A stretch of DNA of 64,000 nt from Malacoraja senta. Its lineage: Eukaryota. The position numbers and the translations under genes are program-made. The notes beneath the pieces are model-generated. The model was not told where the DNA came from and searched no databases. It was given only the letters and a program-made list of their open reading frames with translations. This document shows, piece by piece, positions 51,655 to 64,000 of the stretch; the first letter of the stretch is position 1; the number at the start of each line of letters is the position of its first letter. The stretch is taken from contig CM075991.1 of assembly GCA_038087875.1 (NCBI GenBank), forward strand, positions 11,224,001 to 11,288,000, read 5' to 3'.

Positions 51655-51927
51655 TAAGAAGGAACTGCAGATGCTGGAAAATCGAAGGTAGACAAAAATG
51701 CTGGAGGAACTCAGCGGGTGCAGCAGCATCTATGGAGCGAAGGAAATAGGCAACGTTTCGGCCCGAAACCCTTCCGGGTTTCGTCCCGAAACGTCGCCTA
51801 TTTCCTTCAGGGTTTCGGCCCGAAACGTTGCCTATTTCCTTCGCTCCATAGATGCTGCTGCACCCGCTGATGTTTCTCCAGCATTTATGTCTACCTTCGA
51901 TTTTCCAGCATCTGCAGTTCCTTCTTA
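51655..51927. repeat. Near-perfect fold-back Penelope terminal repeat
   Basis: TAAGAAGGAACTGCAGATGCTGG...CCAGCATCTGCAGTTCCTTCTTA; ~115-bp arms around a duplicated core. Confidence 0.85.
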
Positions 51928-52155
51928 AACAGCAAAAGAAGAAGTGGTTCTGTAGTTCCAAGGACTGTGCACCCCGACCTCCAGGTTCAGAACAGCCTCT
52001 TCCCATTAATCAGCTGGGCCTTGAATGCTACACCACACTAACCATTAAAACAGACATAACTATAATACTAAAACAGAATTAATGTTTTAGGTCGATGGCC
52101 TGTCTTATTTCAGAATATTGCCAACTGTTGGTATCTGAGTAATAATCTTGCATTT

Positions 52156-52790
52156 GGTTCAGTTTAGTTTATTGTCACGGGTATATTGTACAGTGAAAAT
52201 CTTTTGTTGCGTGCTAAGCAGCCAGCGGAGAGACAATAGATGATTACAATCGAGCTATTCACAGTGCACAGATACATAAAACCATATAACAGTTACAGCA
52301 CGGAAACAGGCCATCTCGGCCTTTCTAGTCCGTGCCGAACACTTACTCTCACCTAGTCCCATCTACCTGCACTCAGACCATAACCCTCCATTCCTTTCCC
52401 GTCCATATACCTATCCAATTTATTTTTAAATAATAAAATCGAACCTGCCTCCACCACTTCCACTGGAAGCTCATTCCACACGGCTACCACTCTCTGAGTA
52501 AAGAAGTTCCCCCTAATGTTACCCCTAAACTTTCGTCCCTTAATTCTCAAATCATGTCCTCTTGTTTGAATCTTCCCTACTCTCAATGGAAAAAGCTTAT
52601 TAGAGATAATTACATGATAATGGGAATAACGTTTAGTGCAAGGTAAAGCCAGTAAAGTCCGATCCGAGATAGTCCGAGGGTCCCTGATGAGGTAGATAGT
52701 AATTCAGGACTGCTCTCTGGTTGCAGTTGGATGGTTCAGTTGCCTGATAACAGCTGGGAAGAAACTGTCCCTGAATCTGGAGGTGTGGGT
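52156..52790 (-). mobile_element. Rex1/Babar-type 3' end interrupted by a CR1 3' fragment (~52283-52600)
   Basis: Rex1-type tail; the insert encodes TRGHDLRIKG...FFTQRVVAVWNELP. Confidence 0.72.
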
Positions 52791-52858
52791 TGGATCAGAT
52801 ACTTGGCTCTGAACAATGAGGAGACAATTACTTGACTTTAAATGGAGTTGTAGAACTT

Positions 52859-53254
52859 CTCCGTGGATTGTCACCTTGGAGAAGTTTGTGTGGTCCTGAG
52901 ATCCTGAGAGCGATGCCGTCTGGAGCTATGCTCCTGGTAGGGCCACCCATGGCGGTAAGGTCGAGGGGGAGGTCTCTGACAAAGAGCAATCCAACCAAGA
53001 CCTCAACGGTGGAACAGGCGGAGGATGATGGCTGACAAGTGGAGCGTCACAACGGATGGGAAGGCGGATGAAGGCTGCAGCAGAAAAGGGTCTCCGGTCA
53101 TCTTGGACTCCACGCCACTGGATCCTGACCCAGATCTGTCAAGGACCGCGTGGTGGCTGTCTGTGCACCAGTCTCCCCACGTTAAACAAAGTCACGCACA
53201 GGCATCCTCCTTGAGAGGATGGTCATACTCGTTTCGAGTGACCGCCGATGATGA
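52859..53254 (+). mobile_element. Second RTE/BovB-like non-autonomous element
   Basis: TSD tgt(a/g)gaactt (52849-52858 and 53255-53264), (GAT)n tail, TAGGGCCACCCA...TCTGACAAA segment resembling the BovB/Bov-A 5' region. Confidence 0.7.
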
Positions 53255-53782
53255 TGTGGAACTTGGAATGACTGAAAGGAAAATCATGACCCTGCCATTG
53301 ACATTAGTAAGCACGAACAGACAATGTCGGAAGAAGGGTCTCGACTCTAAATGTCGCCCATTCTTTCTCTCCAGAGATGCTGCCTCACCTGCTGAGTTAC
53401 TCCAGCATTTTGTGTCTACCAATGCTTTGTAATAGCCTGTATGCTTTTGCCGGTTTTGTTTCCACCATTGAAACAAACCTTTTTTTCCTGATTGGTGTTG
53501 ACACATGATTGATCTCAATCAATATTCCCGATTTGATTCAGAAAACAACTTACTGAAAAATAAATGATCCAAATGGAATAAAATTGCAAGATGCAGAACC
53601 TGCCAATGATCGGAACCTGAAATGAAAATGGAAACGGGTGGGAGCTGTCAGCAAATACGGTAACGGACTAGAGAGAGGGAGAGAGAAAAGCGGTTTCAAA
53701 CTCTGATGGAATGTTAACGACCTGAAAGATGGACTCCATTTCCCTCTCACTCAATACTGAGGGCTCTTAAAGATAGCGGAGT

Positions 53783-54366
53783 CAATAGACAATAAGTGCA
53801 GGAGTAGGACATTCGGCCCTTCGAGCCAGCACCGCCATTCAATGTGATCATGGCTGAACATCCCCAATCAGTATCCCATTCCATCCTTCTCCCCATATCC
53901 CCTGACACCGCTATCTTTAAGAGCCCTATCTAGCTCTCTCTTGAAAGGATCCAGAGAACCGGCCTCCACCACCCGCTGAGGCAGAGAATTCCACGGACTC
54001 ACCACTCTCTGTGAGAAAAAGTGTTTCCTCGTCTCCGTTCTAAATGGCTTACTCCTTATTCTTAAACTGTGGCCCCTGGTTCTGGACTCCCCCAACATCG
54101 GGAACATGTTTCCTGCCTCTAGCGTGTCCAAACCCATAACAATCTTATATGTTTCAATGAGATCCCCTCTCATCCTTCTAAACTCCAGAGTGTACAAGCC
54201 CAGCTGCTCCATTCTCTCAGCATATGACAGTCCCGCCATCCCGCGAATTAATCTTGTAAACCTACGCTGCACTCCCTCAATAACAAGAATGTCCTTCCTC
54301 AAATTAGGGGACCAAGACTGCACACAATACTCCAGGTGTGGTCTCACTAGGACTCTGTACAACTGC
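53783..54366 (-). mobile_element. CR1 3' fragment inserted in opposite orientation into a short plus-strand CR1 end (~53761-53784 and ~54367-54490)
   Basis: 164-aa CR1 ORF2 C-terminus in the ORF track; host CR1 is split at GGAGTCA|GGGGATATG. Confidence 0.88.
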
Positions 54367-55487
54367 AGGGGATATGGGGAGAAGGCAGGAACGGGGTACT
54401 GATTGGGGATGATCAGCCATGATCACATTGAATGGCGGTGCTGCCTCGAAAGGCCATTTGGCCTACTCCTGCACCTATTGTCTATTGTCTGTCCTTGGCT
54501 TTCCCAGCAATATTGGGCATGCTTTAACGGGGAACACAATTTCTTTGGAGTTGGAACAGGTTTGGTGTTATGTAGAGAAATGAGCAGAAAAGTCCAGTGA
54601 GACTCCACAGTAGTGCTGAGAGATAGCTTCACCCCCAGAGATGCTATTCGATGAATGACACATTACACCGAAGCACCTTCTGTAGTCTCAAGTGGACAAC
54701 AAAGATCCCATGCCCTGGTTTTTGAGGAGCGGCAGGGAATATGCTCCTCACAGCATCCACCCTGTGTGTTCCTCGGAACTTTATATCGCTCAATGAGAAA
54801 ATTTCTCCATGGAGATCAAAGCCCCATCCAACTTTCCCCATAAAACAAACCCATCTCAAAAATCTGTCCAATGGCTTTCACTGCATTGCCTAGAAAGAAA
54901 GTATATCCTTCTTCAAATAACGAGATCAAAAGAGTAAGTAGTTCTACTTGACAGCAGTGAGTCCATTTTATTGACAGTACAATACTCTTTGAGACATCCA
55001 GCAAGGGACACTAAACTTGCTGCAGAAATGCTCATCTTTATTTCTTTAACACAACGTTTTGCTCTCCTTTGCTTTCCCCTCTCATCTTAGACATAGGAAT
55101 AAGATGAGAGGGGAAAGATTTAATAGGAACCCGAGGAGCAACGTTTTCACACAGAGGGTGTTGCGTATATGGAGCGAGCTGCCAGAGGAGGTAGTTGAGG
55201 CAGGTACTATAACAATATTGAAAAGACATTTGGACAGATACATGGAAAGGAAAGGTTTAGAGGGATATGGGCCAAACGCCGGCAGGCGGGACTAGTGTAG
55301 ATGGGGTACCTCGGTCGGCATGGGCAAATTGGACCGATGGGCCTGTTTCCACGCTGTATGACTCTGTGACTCTTGTCTCCTCCATCACCATCATGGTTGA
55401 ATTTCTCACTACTTAAAAAATACACTGCATTCATTTACCTAGAAGATTCCCCACAACACATCCTAAACCCAGCAGGGCAGAGACATC

Positions 55488-56132
55488 AGGGTGGCACAGT
55501 GGCGCAAAGGTAGAGCAACTGCCTCACAGCGCCAGAGACCCGGGTTCAATCCTGACTACGGGTGCATGTCTGTATGGAGTTTATACGTTCTCCCCGTGAC
55601 CTGCGTGGATTTTCTCCGAGAACTTCGGTTTCCTCCCACACTCCAAAGACGTACAGGTTTGTAGGTTAATTGTGGCCACAAACTCTTTGAATCACTTCCC
55701 TCTGGAAGGCGACTCCGGACCGTCAAAGCTGCCACAGCCAGACATAAAAACTGTTTTTATCCACGAGTAGTTGCTCTACTCAACAGCCAAAAATCTGTAG
55801 CCTCCCTTTGATCTGGTATTTTGTTGGTTCGCACGCTTGATCAATGGTGTTTTATCATTAATGTCTTATTATTATTAATGTTTAGTGTTTTCGGAGTCAT
55901 TCGTAACTGTCACTGTATGTCATGTTGTTACTTGTGGGCGGAGCACCAAGGCAAATTCCTTGTATGTGAATACTTGGCCAATAAACTTACTTACTTACTT
56001 ACTGAATTGGCTTGGTGTAAATGTAAAAACATTATCCCTAGTGTGTTAATGTGTGATGATCGCTGGTCGGTGCGGGCTCGGTGGGCCGAAGAGACGATTT
56101 CCACGCTGCGTCTCGAAATTAAACTAAACAAA
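55488..56132 (+). mobile_element. HE1-like SINE interrupted by a Rex1/Babar-type 3' end (~55672-56002)
   Basis: Insert ends AATAAA(CTTA)n; the SINE resumes at AATTGGCTTGG. Confidence 0.75.
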
Positions 56133-57124
56133 ACAGAAAAGCTAGCAGATGCACACAGCCTGCTGATAGATAGAAGCAAAGCACCATCTTCACCTCCAGT
56201 CCATGATTTTAATTATACTGTTCTTGGCAGTGGTAGTTGGTCTGAAAATCCCTCCCTTAAAAATGCCAACCCTTTACCTCCCTGGCCCGAGTTCACAACT
56301 TCCTTAAGACAACTTTAACTAAGCTTAGGGTTTAAGAAGGAACTGCAGATGCTGGAACAATCGAAGGTAGACAAAAATGCTGGAGAAACTCAGCGGGTGC
56401 GACAGCATCTATGGAGCGAAGGAATAATCTGAAGAAGAGTCTCGACCCGAAACGTCACCCATTCCTTCGCTCCATAGATGCTGCCTGACCCGCTGAGTTT
56501 CTCCAGCATTTTCGTCTACCTTAGTGTGTGTAGGATAGTGTTAATGTGCGGGGATCGCTAGTCGGCGCGGACCCGGTGGGCAAAGGGGCCTGTTTCCGCA
56601 CTGTGTGTCTCTAAACACAAACACTCTAATCCTTAGGTCAGCTAATCTAACTTTCTTTAGGCAGCTTTGAGTTAGCCTTTTTATTTGATAATATTCCTGT
56701 ATAATGTGCTGAGATATTTTATTTTGCAAACAACGTTGTGCAAATGCATGTTAGGTTAAATGCATTAGTAGGCAATAAGATCAGCTAAATCTTATGACAT
56801 GACTGTAATGTGTGCATGGTCTTTCATGTACACAGCATGATAAATGGTAGTCAATGCATGTTGGAAGGCTTCAAAAACAAGTAACGTGACAAAATAAATT
56901 CTACTGTAAATATTGGGAGTTTTTCTGCATAAATACAATAATTATAATAGATTTTCATCCCAGAGATTTTGTTCTTCACTTACCTGTTGGCTTCTTGAAG
57001 GGGGGAAAGAGGGGATCAAAAGAGGGGAAATTCTGGATGACTTCCTCCAGCTAACAAGCACGCAGCTGGCATTGTGATAATTGGCACTGATCACATCACA
57101 CATACTGGTCCCATTGACATCTGT

Positions 57125-57935
57125 AAGTTCATAAGTGATAGGAGCAGAATTAGGTTATTCGGTCCATCAAGTCTACTCCACCGATCATTCATGGATGATC
57201 TATCTTTCCCTCTCAACCCCATTCTCCTGCCTTCTACCCATAACCCCTGACACCTATACTAATCAGGAATCTATCTGTCTCTCCATGAAAATATGCATTG
57301 ACTTGGCCTCCAAAGCCTTCTGTGGCAATGAAATCACACTCTCTGACAAAATAAATTCTTCTTCATTTCGTTCCTAAAGGAACATCCTCTAATTCTGAGG
57401 CTATGACCTCTGGTCCGAGACTCTCCCACTACTGGAATCATCCTCTCCACATCCACTCTATCCAAGCCTTTCGCTATTTGGTAAGTTTCAATGAGGTCCC
57501 CCCCTCATCCTTCTAAACTCCAGTGAGTAGAGGACCAGTGCCGACAAACTAATCATATGTTAACCCACTCATTCCTGGGATCATTCTTGTAAACCTCCTC
57601 TGGACCCACTCCAGAGCCAACACATCCTTCCTCAGATATGCTGCCCAAATTTGCTCACAGTACTCCAAATGCAGCCAGACCAGCGCCTTATGGAGTCTCA
57701 GCATTACATCCCTGTTTTTGGGGTGGGAGATTGCAACCTTTACGTGGTCCGCCCTGTTTCAACGAATGCAATCAACCTGGCGTGCACAATCAAATAAGAT
57801 CAAATAGAACAAGTTGTCCTACAACTTTAGGCTGTGCACGCCACATGCCAGAAGAAGAAGAACCTTGTTTTTTTATTCTAGCCCTCTTGAAATAAATGCT
57901 AGAATTGCGTTTGCCTTTCTTACTACCAATTCAAC
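57125..57935 (-). mobile_element. Older CR1 3' fragment hosting ribozyme element copy 4
   Basis: CR1 ORF2 end and (CTTATGAA)-type tail. Confidence 0.8.
57720..57862 (+). mobile_element. ~140-nt HDV-like-ribozyme retroelement, copy 4, inserted in a CR1
   Basis: TSD cc(c/t)tgttttt (57710-57719 and 57863-57872). Starts GGGGTGG; core at 57720-57773. Confidence 0.88.
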
Positions 57936-59859
57936 TTGTACTAATGGAAACTTCCTCTCCACATCCACTCTATCCAGGCCTTTCATCCATGCCGTTAGAT
58001 CAGGGAATCAGCAAATTATGCCTCTCCTGCCTGTTGTACCATAGACGCAAACGTTATCACCGCATCTCATCACACTTCCGTCACTTACATATGATCTGAT
58101 GACTGTGCAGGAAGGAACTGCAGATGCTGGCTTAAACCGAAGGTAGACACAAAAAGCAGGAGTAATCCAGCGGGTCGAACAGCATCTCTGGAGAAAAGGA
58201 ACAGGTGATGTTTTGGGTCTGGACCCTACCACAGACTGAGAGACGGGGGGGGGGGGGGGGGTGATTGAGAAGGTACGGAACAAAGCAGAGACTGCATTGA
58301 TGACTCAGGAAGGGTAGAGGCCACAATGGTCCATTGTGGCTGGGGCCTCGGTGATAACAAAATGCTGAGCCTGAAATTAAGCTTTACCTGCCCGCCAGGT
58401 GAATATTAATAATGGCATGGAACTGCTTGGAAGCACAGGAGGACCCTTTTATTCAATATTTATCCCTTGTCCATTATTGCCACAAAAAAAATTTAATTGC
58501 TATTGGTGGCATTTCCATCTCTAATAAGGTGTTACATTTTTCCATCATAACATTAGCTACACTTCAAGTACAGCCATTCCACCAGCCGTGAAGCTCAGTG
58601 GGATTTCCTGATATTACTCGCCATGTTCCAGAGATGTGCGTCTCTCTCTCTTCATGAAACACTTTGAGACACAGTGAGACATTTCCCCCGGCAACCCAGA
58701 GCATTTGGTGCACACTGTGGCTGCACAACATGGGTAATAATGTTCTAATCTGTTTGAAGGAGCCTGAGAGACAGACCGCCTTCTGAAACAATTCACTTGT
58801 GGCACTGATCTATCAATAGCCAACGGCAAAAACGTTGTCGCGGAGGGAAAAAACGGATATTAGTATCACAGGAAGCAAGTGGGAGCATCAGGAGAAGCAA
58901 AATAAGAGCAGAAAAGGATTGGCGACTTGATTTCTTTAATCAAAGGACATGTACTGTTTGCAAGCAAAGCAAATTTTGAATCGGCTAGCAAGACCAGGAA
59001 GACTTGTATTTCAATGGCACCTTGCATATGTTAGCATCCATAAGGATCCAGGTTAGAGCTGTGTAGATGCTGGTTTACACCGAGGATAGACGCAAAATGC
59101 TGGAGTAACTCAGTGGGATAGGTAGCATCTCTGGATAGAACGAATGGCTTTTGGGTTGAGACCCTTCTTCTGAAACGTCACCCACTCCTTCTAGCCAGAG
59201 ATGCTGCCTGTCCCGCTGAGTTACTCCAGCATTTTGTGTCTATATCCAGGTTAAGGCTGGCTCTTCATGGGATCAGTGGAGAACTCAAGTTTTCTATATC
59301 CCGTTTGTTTCCGAGATCGTATCTTCCAGCGTTCATTCTGAACAATTTCCACCTTGCTCTCATCTGCACATGATACAAATCTGACTGTTATCTGTCGAAA
59401 GAAGGGTGCTGATAAAAATGTCATCTGTCTATTCTCTCCACAGATGCTGCCTACATGCCGTGTTCCTCCAACACTTTGCTGTTTGCTCAAGATTTCAGCA
59501 TCTGCAGTCTCTTGTGTCTCCCTGACTCTGTCTTCCTTTCAGGATGCTGGCTGGTTTCCACTTCAGGCCACAACACTGTAAAGAACAGAGTGTAGAAACA
59601 TGGAACTGCAGATGCTGGTTGATATACAAGAACACAAAAGGAATAACTCAGCGCATCAGGCAAGATATCCAGGAGAACATGGATAGGTGACGTTCTAGAT
59701 CATGTCTGAGAAAGGATCCCGACCTGAAACATCACCTACCTGTGTTCTTCAGAGATGCTGCCTGACCTGCTGAGTTACTTCAGCATTTTGTGTCCTACCC
59801 TGTAAAGAACTTAACTTTTCTTATCTTCTGCATTTCTGTTGCATTTGTTCTGAAAATGT

Positions 59860-60452
59860 CACAGTTGTACAGAGCCCTAGTGAGACCACACCTGGAGTAT
59901 TGTGTGCGGTTTTGGTACCCTAATTTGAGGAAGGACATTCTTGCTATTGAGGGAGTGCAGCGTAGGTTTACAAGGTTAATCCCCGCGATGGCGGGACTGT
60001 CTATATGCTGAGAGAATGGAGCAGCTGGGCTTGTACACTCTGGAGTTTAGAAGGATGAGAGGGCATCTCATTGAAACATATAAGATTGTTAAGGGCTTGG
60101 ACACGCTAGAGGCAGGAAACATGTTCCCGATGTTGGGGGAGTCCAGAACCAGGGGCCACAGTTTAAGAATAAGGAGTAAGCAATTAAAAACGGAGATGAG
60201 GAAACACTTTTTCTCACAGAGAGTGGTGAGTCTGTGGAATTCTCGCCTTCAGAGGGCGGTGGCGGCGGGTTCTCTGGATACTTTCAAGAGAGAGCTAGAT
60301 AGGGCTCATAAAAATAGCAGAGTCAGGGGATATGGGGAGAAGGCAGGAACGGGGTACTGATTGGGGTGATCAGCCATGATCACATTGAATGGTGGTGCTG
60401 GCTCGAAGGGCCGAATGGCCTACTCCTGCACCTATTGTCTATTGTCTATTGT
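59860..60452 (+). mobile_element. CR1 LINE 3' fragment
   Basis: [14 protein letters not shown]...LEFRRMRG...RTRGHSLRI. Confidence 0.9.
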
Positions 60453-60709
60453 CACATACCACACCAGTGATGCTCAACAAGCACCAAGGTAGATGATTTG
60501 GTCATTGTGATATTGGGTTTTCATTGGGACTTGCTTTGTGCTGATCATTTACAATGTCTCGAACAATAAAATGATGTACATAAGTTTCAAAAAGCACTTG
60601 ATTGGGTGACGGTGCTGTTGGTGGTTGGTTAATGTTAGTCTTTACTCCAGCATGACCCTCACCAACTCTTAATACCCTCTGCATGTCCAAGCAAGGGATT
60701 CCTCGAACT

Positions 60710-61362
60710 TTAGTTTGGTTTAGTTTAGTTTATGGTCACGTGTACCGAGGAAAATCTTTGTAGTTGCGTGCTATCCAGTCAGCGGAAAAACGATGCATGA
60801 TTACTATCAAGCCATCACAGTATACACTTACATGATAAAGGGAATAACATTTACTGCAAGATAAACTCCAGTAAAGTTTGATCAAAGATAAATTCTGAGG
60901 GTCTGTAATAAGGTTGATGGAAGCTGAGAACCGCTCTCTAGTTGGTGATAGGATGGTTCACTTGCTTGGTAACAAGTGTGAAGAAACTGTCCCTGAATCT
61001 GGAGGTGTTCGTTTTCACACTTCTGTACCTCTTGCCTGATGGAAGAGGGGAGAAGAGGGAGTAACTGGGGTGACTCTCTCTTGATTATGTTGGTGGCCTT
61101 GCCGAGGCAGTGTGAAGTGTAGATGGAGTCTAGTGTAGGCGTGAAGTGTAGATGGTGTAGAAGGGAGGTTGGTTTGCCGGATGGTCTGGGTTGCGTCCAC
61201 AACTCTCTGTAATTTCTTGCGGTCTTTGATGGAGCTGTTCCCAAACCAGGCTGTGCTGCATCCCGATAAAATGCTTTCCACGGCGCATCTGTAGAACTTG
61301 GTGAGAGTTATTGGAGACATGCCGTGCTTCCTACGTCTTCTAAGGAAGTGGAGGCATTGGTG
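60710..61362 (-). mobile_element. Rex1/Babar-type LINE 3' fragment
   Basis: LTKFYRCAVESILSGCSTAWFGN...RKKLQRVV and a GGTACACGTGAC.ATAAA(CTAAA)n tail. Confidence 0.8.
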
Positions 61363-62533
61363 TACAAGGGTAGAGTAATCATGACAGCCTTGTGATTAAG
61401 TGCATATTCCATGATTGCTGTTCACGGATAGTCCTTTTTAAACAATTATTGATTTTTCCGGTTCTGGCCTTTAAAAGTCAGCATTTACCGCCCACCTCAG
61501 TTGTCTTTACGATTCACCTTTAACATCTGAAGTCCTTCCGCTTGAAGGTACTCTCAATGCAGTTGGTGAGTGGGGAGCTCCAGAATTTAGAGGCAGTGTT
61601 AATGAACAAACTGCCCTGTATTTCTCACACCACAGCAGTGACTAAAAATAAAAAAAAATAAGTAATTGTGAATTCCTCTGGGATGATATGAGATTAGGTA
61701 AGATGCTATAGAAATGCGAGGTTTTCACCTTAAAATGTGTCTCACCAGCAATATATTCTGGTTTAATTGCTTTTGATGTTCGTCACAAATCCACGCTTTT
61801 TCTCCTGGCCTGCTTCGGCTGACTAAACAGAATAACAGTGAATTGGAATCTGCCTTTTCCAGGCTGGAAGGCTTTTGAATTAATGGGTTTAGGCTGCAGC
61901 TGACTCTGAGAAACATTCACTGCGTGAGCAAATTCCTGGACGCGCAACAGTCTGGCTCAGTGGGGAAATCCAGTCTTGGGAGGAACGAAAATTAGACATA
62001 CCATTTGGTACCTTCACCGGGAGAAAATTAAACGTAATGCACTGGGAAAATTCTCCTGGCACCACAATATTAAGATTTCGATTTTTAGCCGGTCTTGGCT
62101 AGATGCGGATGCGCTGGATGAAATATAACAGCTGGGAAGAAACTGCAGATAGACACGAAAAGCTGGAGTACCTCAGCGGGACAGGCAGCATCTTTGGAGA
62201 GAAAGGCCTCGACCCCAAAACGTTACCCATTCCTTCTCTCCAGAAATGCTGCCTGTCCCGCTGAGGTACTCCAGCGTTTTGTGTCTGCATCTGGGCGAGG
62301 TGCACATTAAATAACACGTAGTGATCAACTCTGCTCAGTGTGAGGGCTGACTTACAGTGTCTGATGGGGCGCTGATTGTCCTGCACCAGGTGCTTGTCGA
62401 GTCCCATTGTTTGTAGTGATTTCTGCAACATTCTCTGTCGCTGCTCCCTCTCTGTGATTCCTCCTGCTCTCCGACTCCACGCGTCTTGTTGAGTCTCATT
62501 GTCTATACTCGTTCTCACCGAGCAAACAGCTAA

Positions 62534-63073
62534 AGGCTCTGTCTTACGTGTTTGCGGTCATCGGCGGTGAAGCGCGGCTTCGCCTGTAGAGTGGACCGCA
62601 CGGCAACGGCGAGAGCGCCGAGCCTATCCACGGGAGCGCCACACGGATGCTGCGCGGGGGCCGAGTGATTCAAATACGGCTGGTCCCACGTGCTTGCAGT
62701 AAGTAAAAAAAAGGGCGGGCCGACTGCGATGACGTCGGCACGCCGCACGTGACTCACCAGCGGCGGCTGTGGCGGCGGCCGTGCCGCACACGTGCCTCAC
62801 TGGCGGAGGCTGTGGCAGTGCAAGTTTGACGAACGGCGCTCGAGCCACACTGGCGGCAGCCCGTGCGGGCGGCCGTGCCCCACTCGTGCATCACTGGTGG
62901 AGGCTGTGCGGTAGGAAAATATTTTTCAACAGTGTAGGTTTTATTTTAGCACCGTGCGGTGTTGGGAGCACCGCCGCACGGCTCCGGAATTGTGCGTTCT
63001 CACGAGTGCGCGGTCTATGGCGGCAGATTCTTCCCGTTTCGCCGCCAATGACCGCACTCGTGAGACAGGCCTT
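62534..63073. mobile_element. GC-rich PIF/Harbinger-like non-autonomous element (540 bp)
   Basis: Imperfect ~37-bp TIRs AGGCTCTGTCTTACG..TGCGGTCATCGGCGG / CCGCCAATGACCGCACTCGTGAGACAGGCCTT; TAA on both sides. Confidence 0.75.
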
Positions 63074-63587
63074 TAACAATGGCTTGTTTCTTTAACATTG
63101 TTACTTTTTGCATTTCTTTCATTCATTCCAAGTCACAGAGTGATACAGTGTGGAAACAGGTCCTTCGGTCCAACGCCCACACTGTCCAACATGTCCAGCT
63201 ATACTGGTCCCACCTGCCCACGTTTAGTCCATATCCCTCCAAACCAGTCCTATCCATGTACCTGTAACTATTTCTTAAATGATGGGATAGTCCCTGCCTC
63301 AACTACCTCCTCTGGCTGCTTGACCCAAATGTCACCTATCCACGTCCTCCAGAGATGCTGCCTGTCCCGCTGAGTTACTCCAGCATTTTGTGTTTATATT
63401 TGGAAATCTCAATGGTTTAGCATTTGGGTTCCAGGCCCAAGCTTCCTGTGCTCCCTATAAACTCCCAGCTGCTGTTTTCCATGCTCCTTTTAAACACACC
63501 AGAGACCCACTTCTGACGAACCCTCCTCAACACTAGCAGGCTCTGGGTACAAAAACACAAGGCTGCCTTCAGCATCAAATGTAGAAG

Positions 63588-63820
63588 GCATTTTATCGGG
63601 ATGCGTCGCAGCTTGGTTTGGGAACAGCTTCAACCAGGACCACAAGAAATTGCAGAGAATTGTGGACGCAGCCCAGAACATCACACAAACCAACCTCCCC
63701 CTTCCATTGACTCCATTTATACCTGATGCTGCCCTGACGTCCACCAGTATAATCAAGGACAAGTCGCACCCTCTTCTCCCCTCTCCCATCTGGCAAAAGG
63801 TATAGAAGTGTGAAAATGCA
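63588..63820 (+). mobile_element. Rex1/Babar-type LINE fragment
   Basis: ILSGCVAAWFGNS..QDHKKLQRIV-like translation. Confidence 0.7.
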
Positions 63821-64000
63821 CTGGGATCTTTGGTGTAAACCAGCATCTGCAGTTCCTTCCTACAGATTTCAAAATAATCAGATATCAGATTATTGCAGCT
63901 TTGGGTTACAAATTCCACTTGCTGTAGATCACAGCGAGCCTTGAGACTGCCTTCTGTAAATGAATCTAATCTCTGTAAATTGGATACTATGATGAGATCC

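Noticed and set aside
53868..54362. CR1-like ORFs (also 23229, 46920, 47685, 60016) as host genes
   Set aside because: They are C-terminal ORF2 remnants of 5'-truncated LINE copies.
61745..62500. Possible minus-strand exons (donor-like sites near 62354 and 61744)
   Set aside because: Translations resemble no protein I recognise and no consistent exon chain was found. A non-coding transcript cannot be excluded.
62534..63073. CpG-island promoter or first exon of a neighbouring gene
   Set aside because: The GC-rich block is bounded by inverted repeats and TAA flanks like the other MITEs, and no matching coding exon follows in the window. Co-option is kept as a finding.
1..64000. CRISPR array, rRNA or prokaryotic operons
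   Set aside because: No regularly spaced repeat-spacer array, rRNA-like sequence or dense ORF packing; the DNA is spliced eukaryotic sequence.

Overview
Eukaryotic, repeat-dense genomic DNA, most likely from a cartilaginous fish (skate/ray). That assignment is inferred from HE1-type tRNA SINEs, HER1/CR1 LINE ends and DeuSINE-like relics. The only host protein-coding gene found is the 5' half of annexin A4 (ANXA4) on the minus strand: five coding exons (16628-16636, 12825-12912, 8954-9048, 6439-6552, 1668-1758) with GT-AG sites, plus candidate non-coding first exons near 26.7-27.1 kb. The gene continues beyond position 1. The rest is intron or upstream DNA filled with CR1, Penelope-like, Rex1/Babar, L1-like and L2 fragments, SINEs, five PIF/Harbinger-like MITEs and one hAT MITE, with a 200-N gap at 28818-29017. 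The main observation is a ~140-nt non-autonomous retroelement (4 copies with TSDs and a (GAA)n tail). Its first 54 nt fold into a complete minimal HDV-like ribozyme, and three copies start exactly at the predicted cleavage position. Two longer RTE-derived elements show the same pseudoknot with a large inserted domain. Many Penelope-derived fold-backs carry minimal hammerhead cores. Everything was read by eye: repeat boundaries are approximate, family names rest on remembered motifs, and no ribozyme activity is demonstrated.
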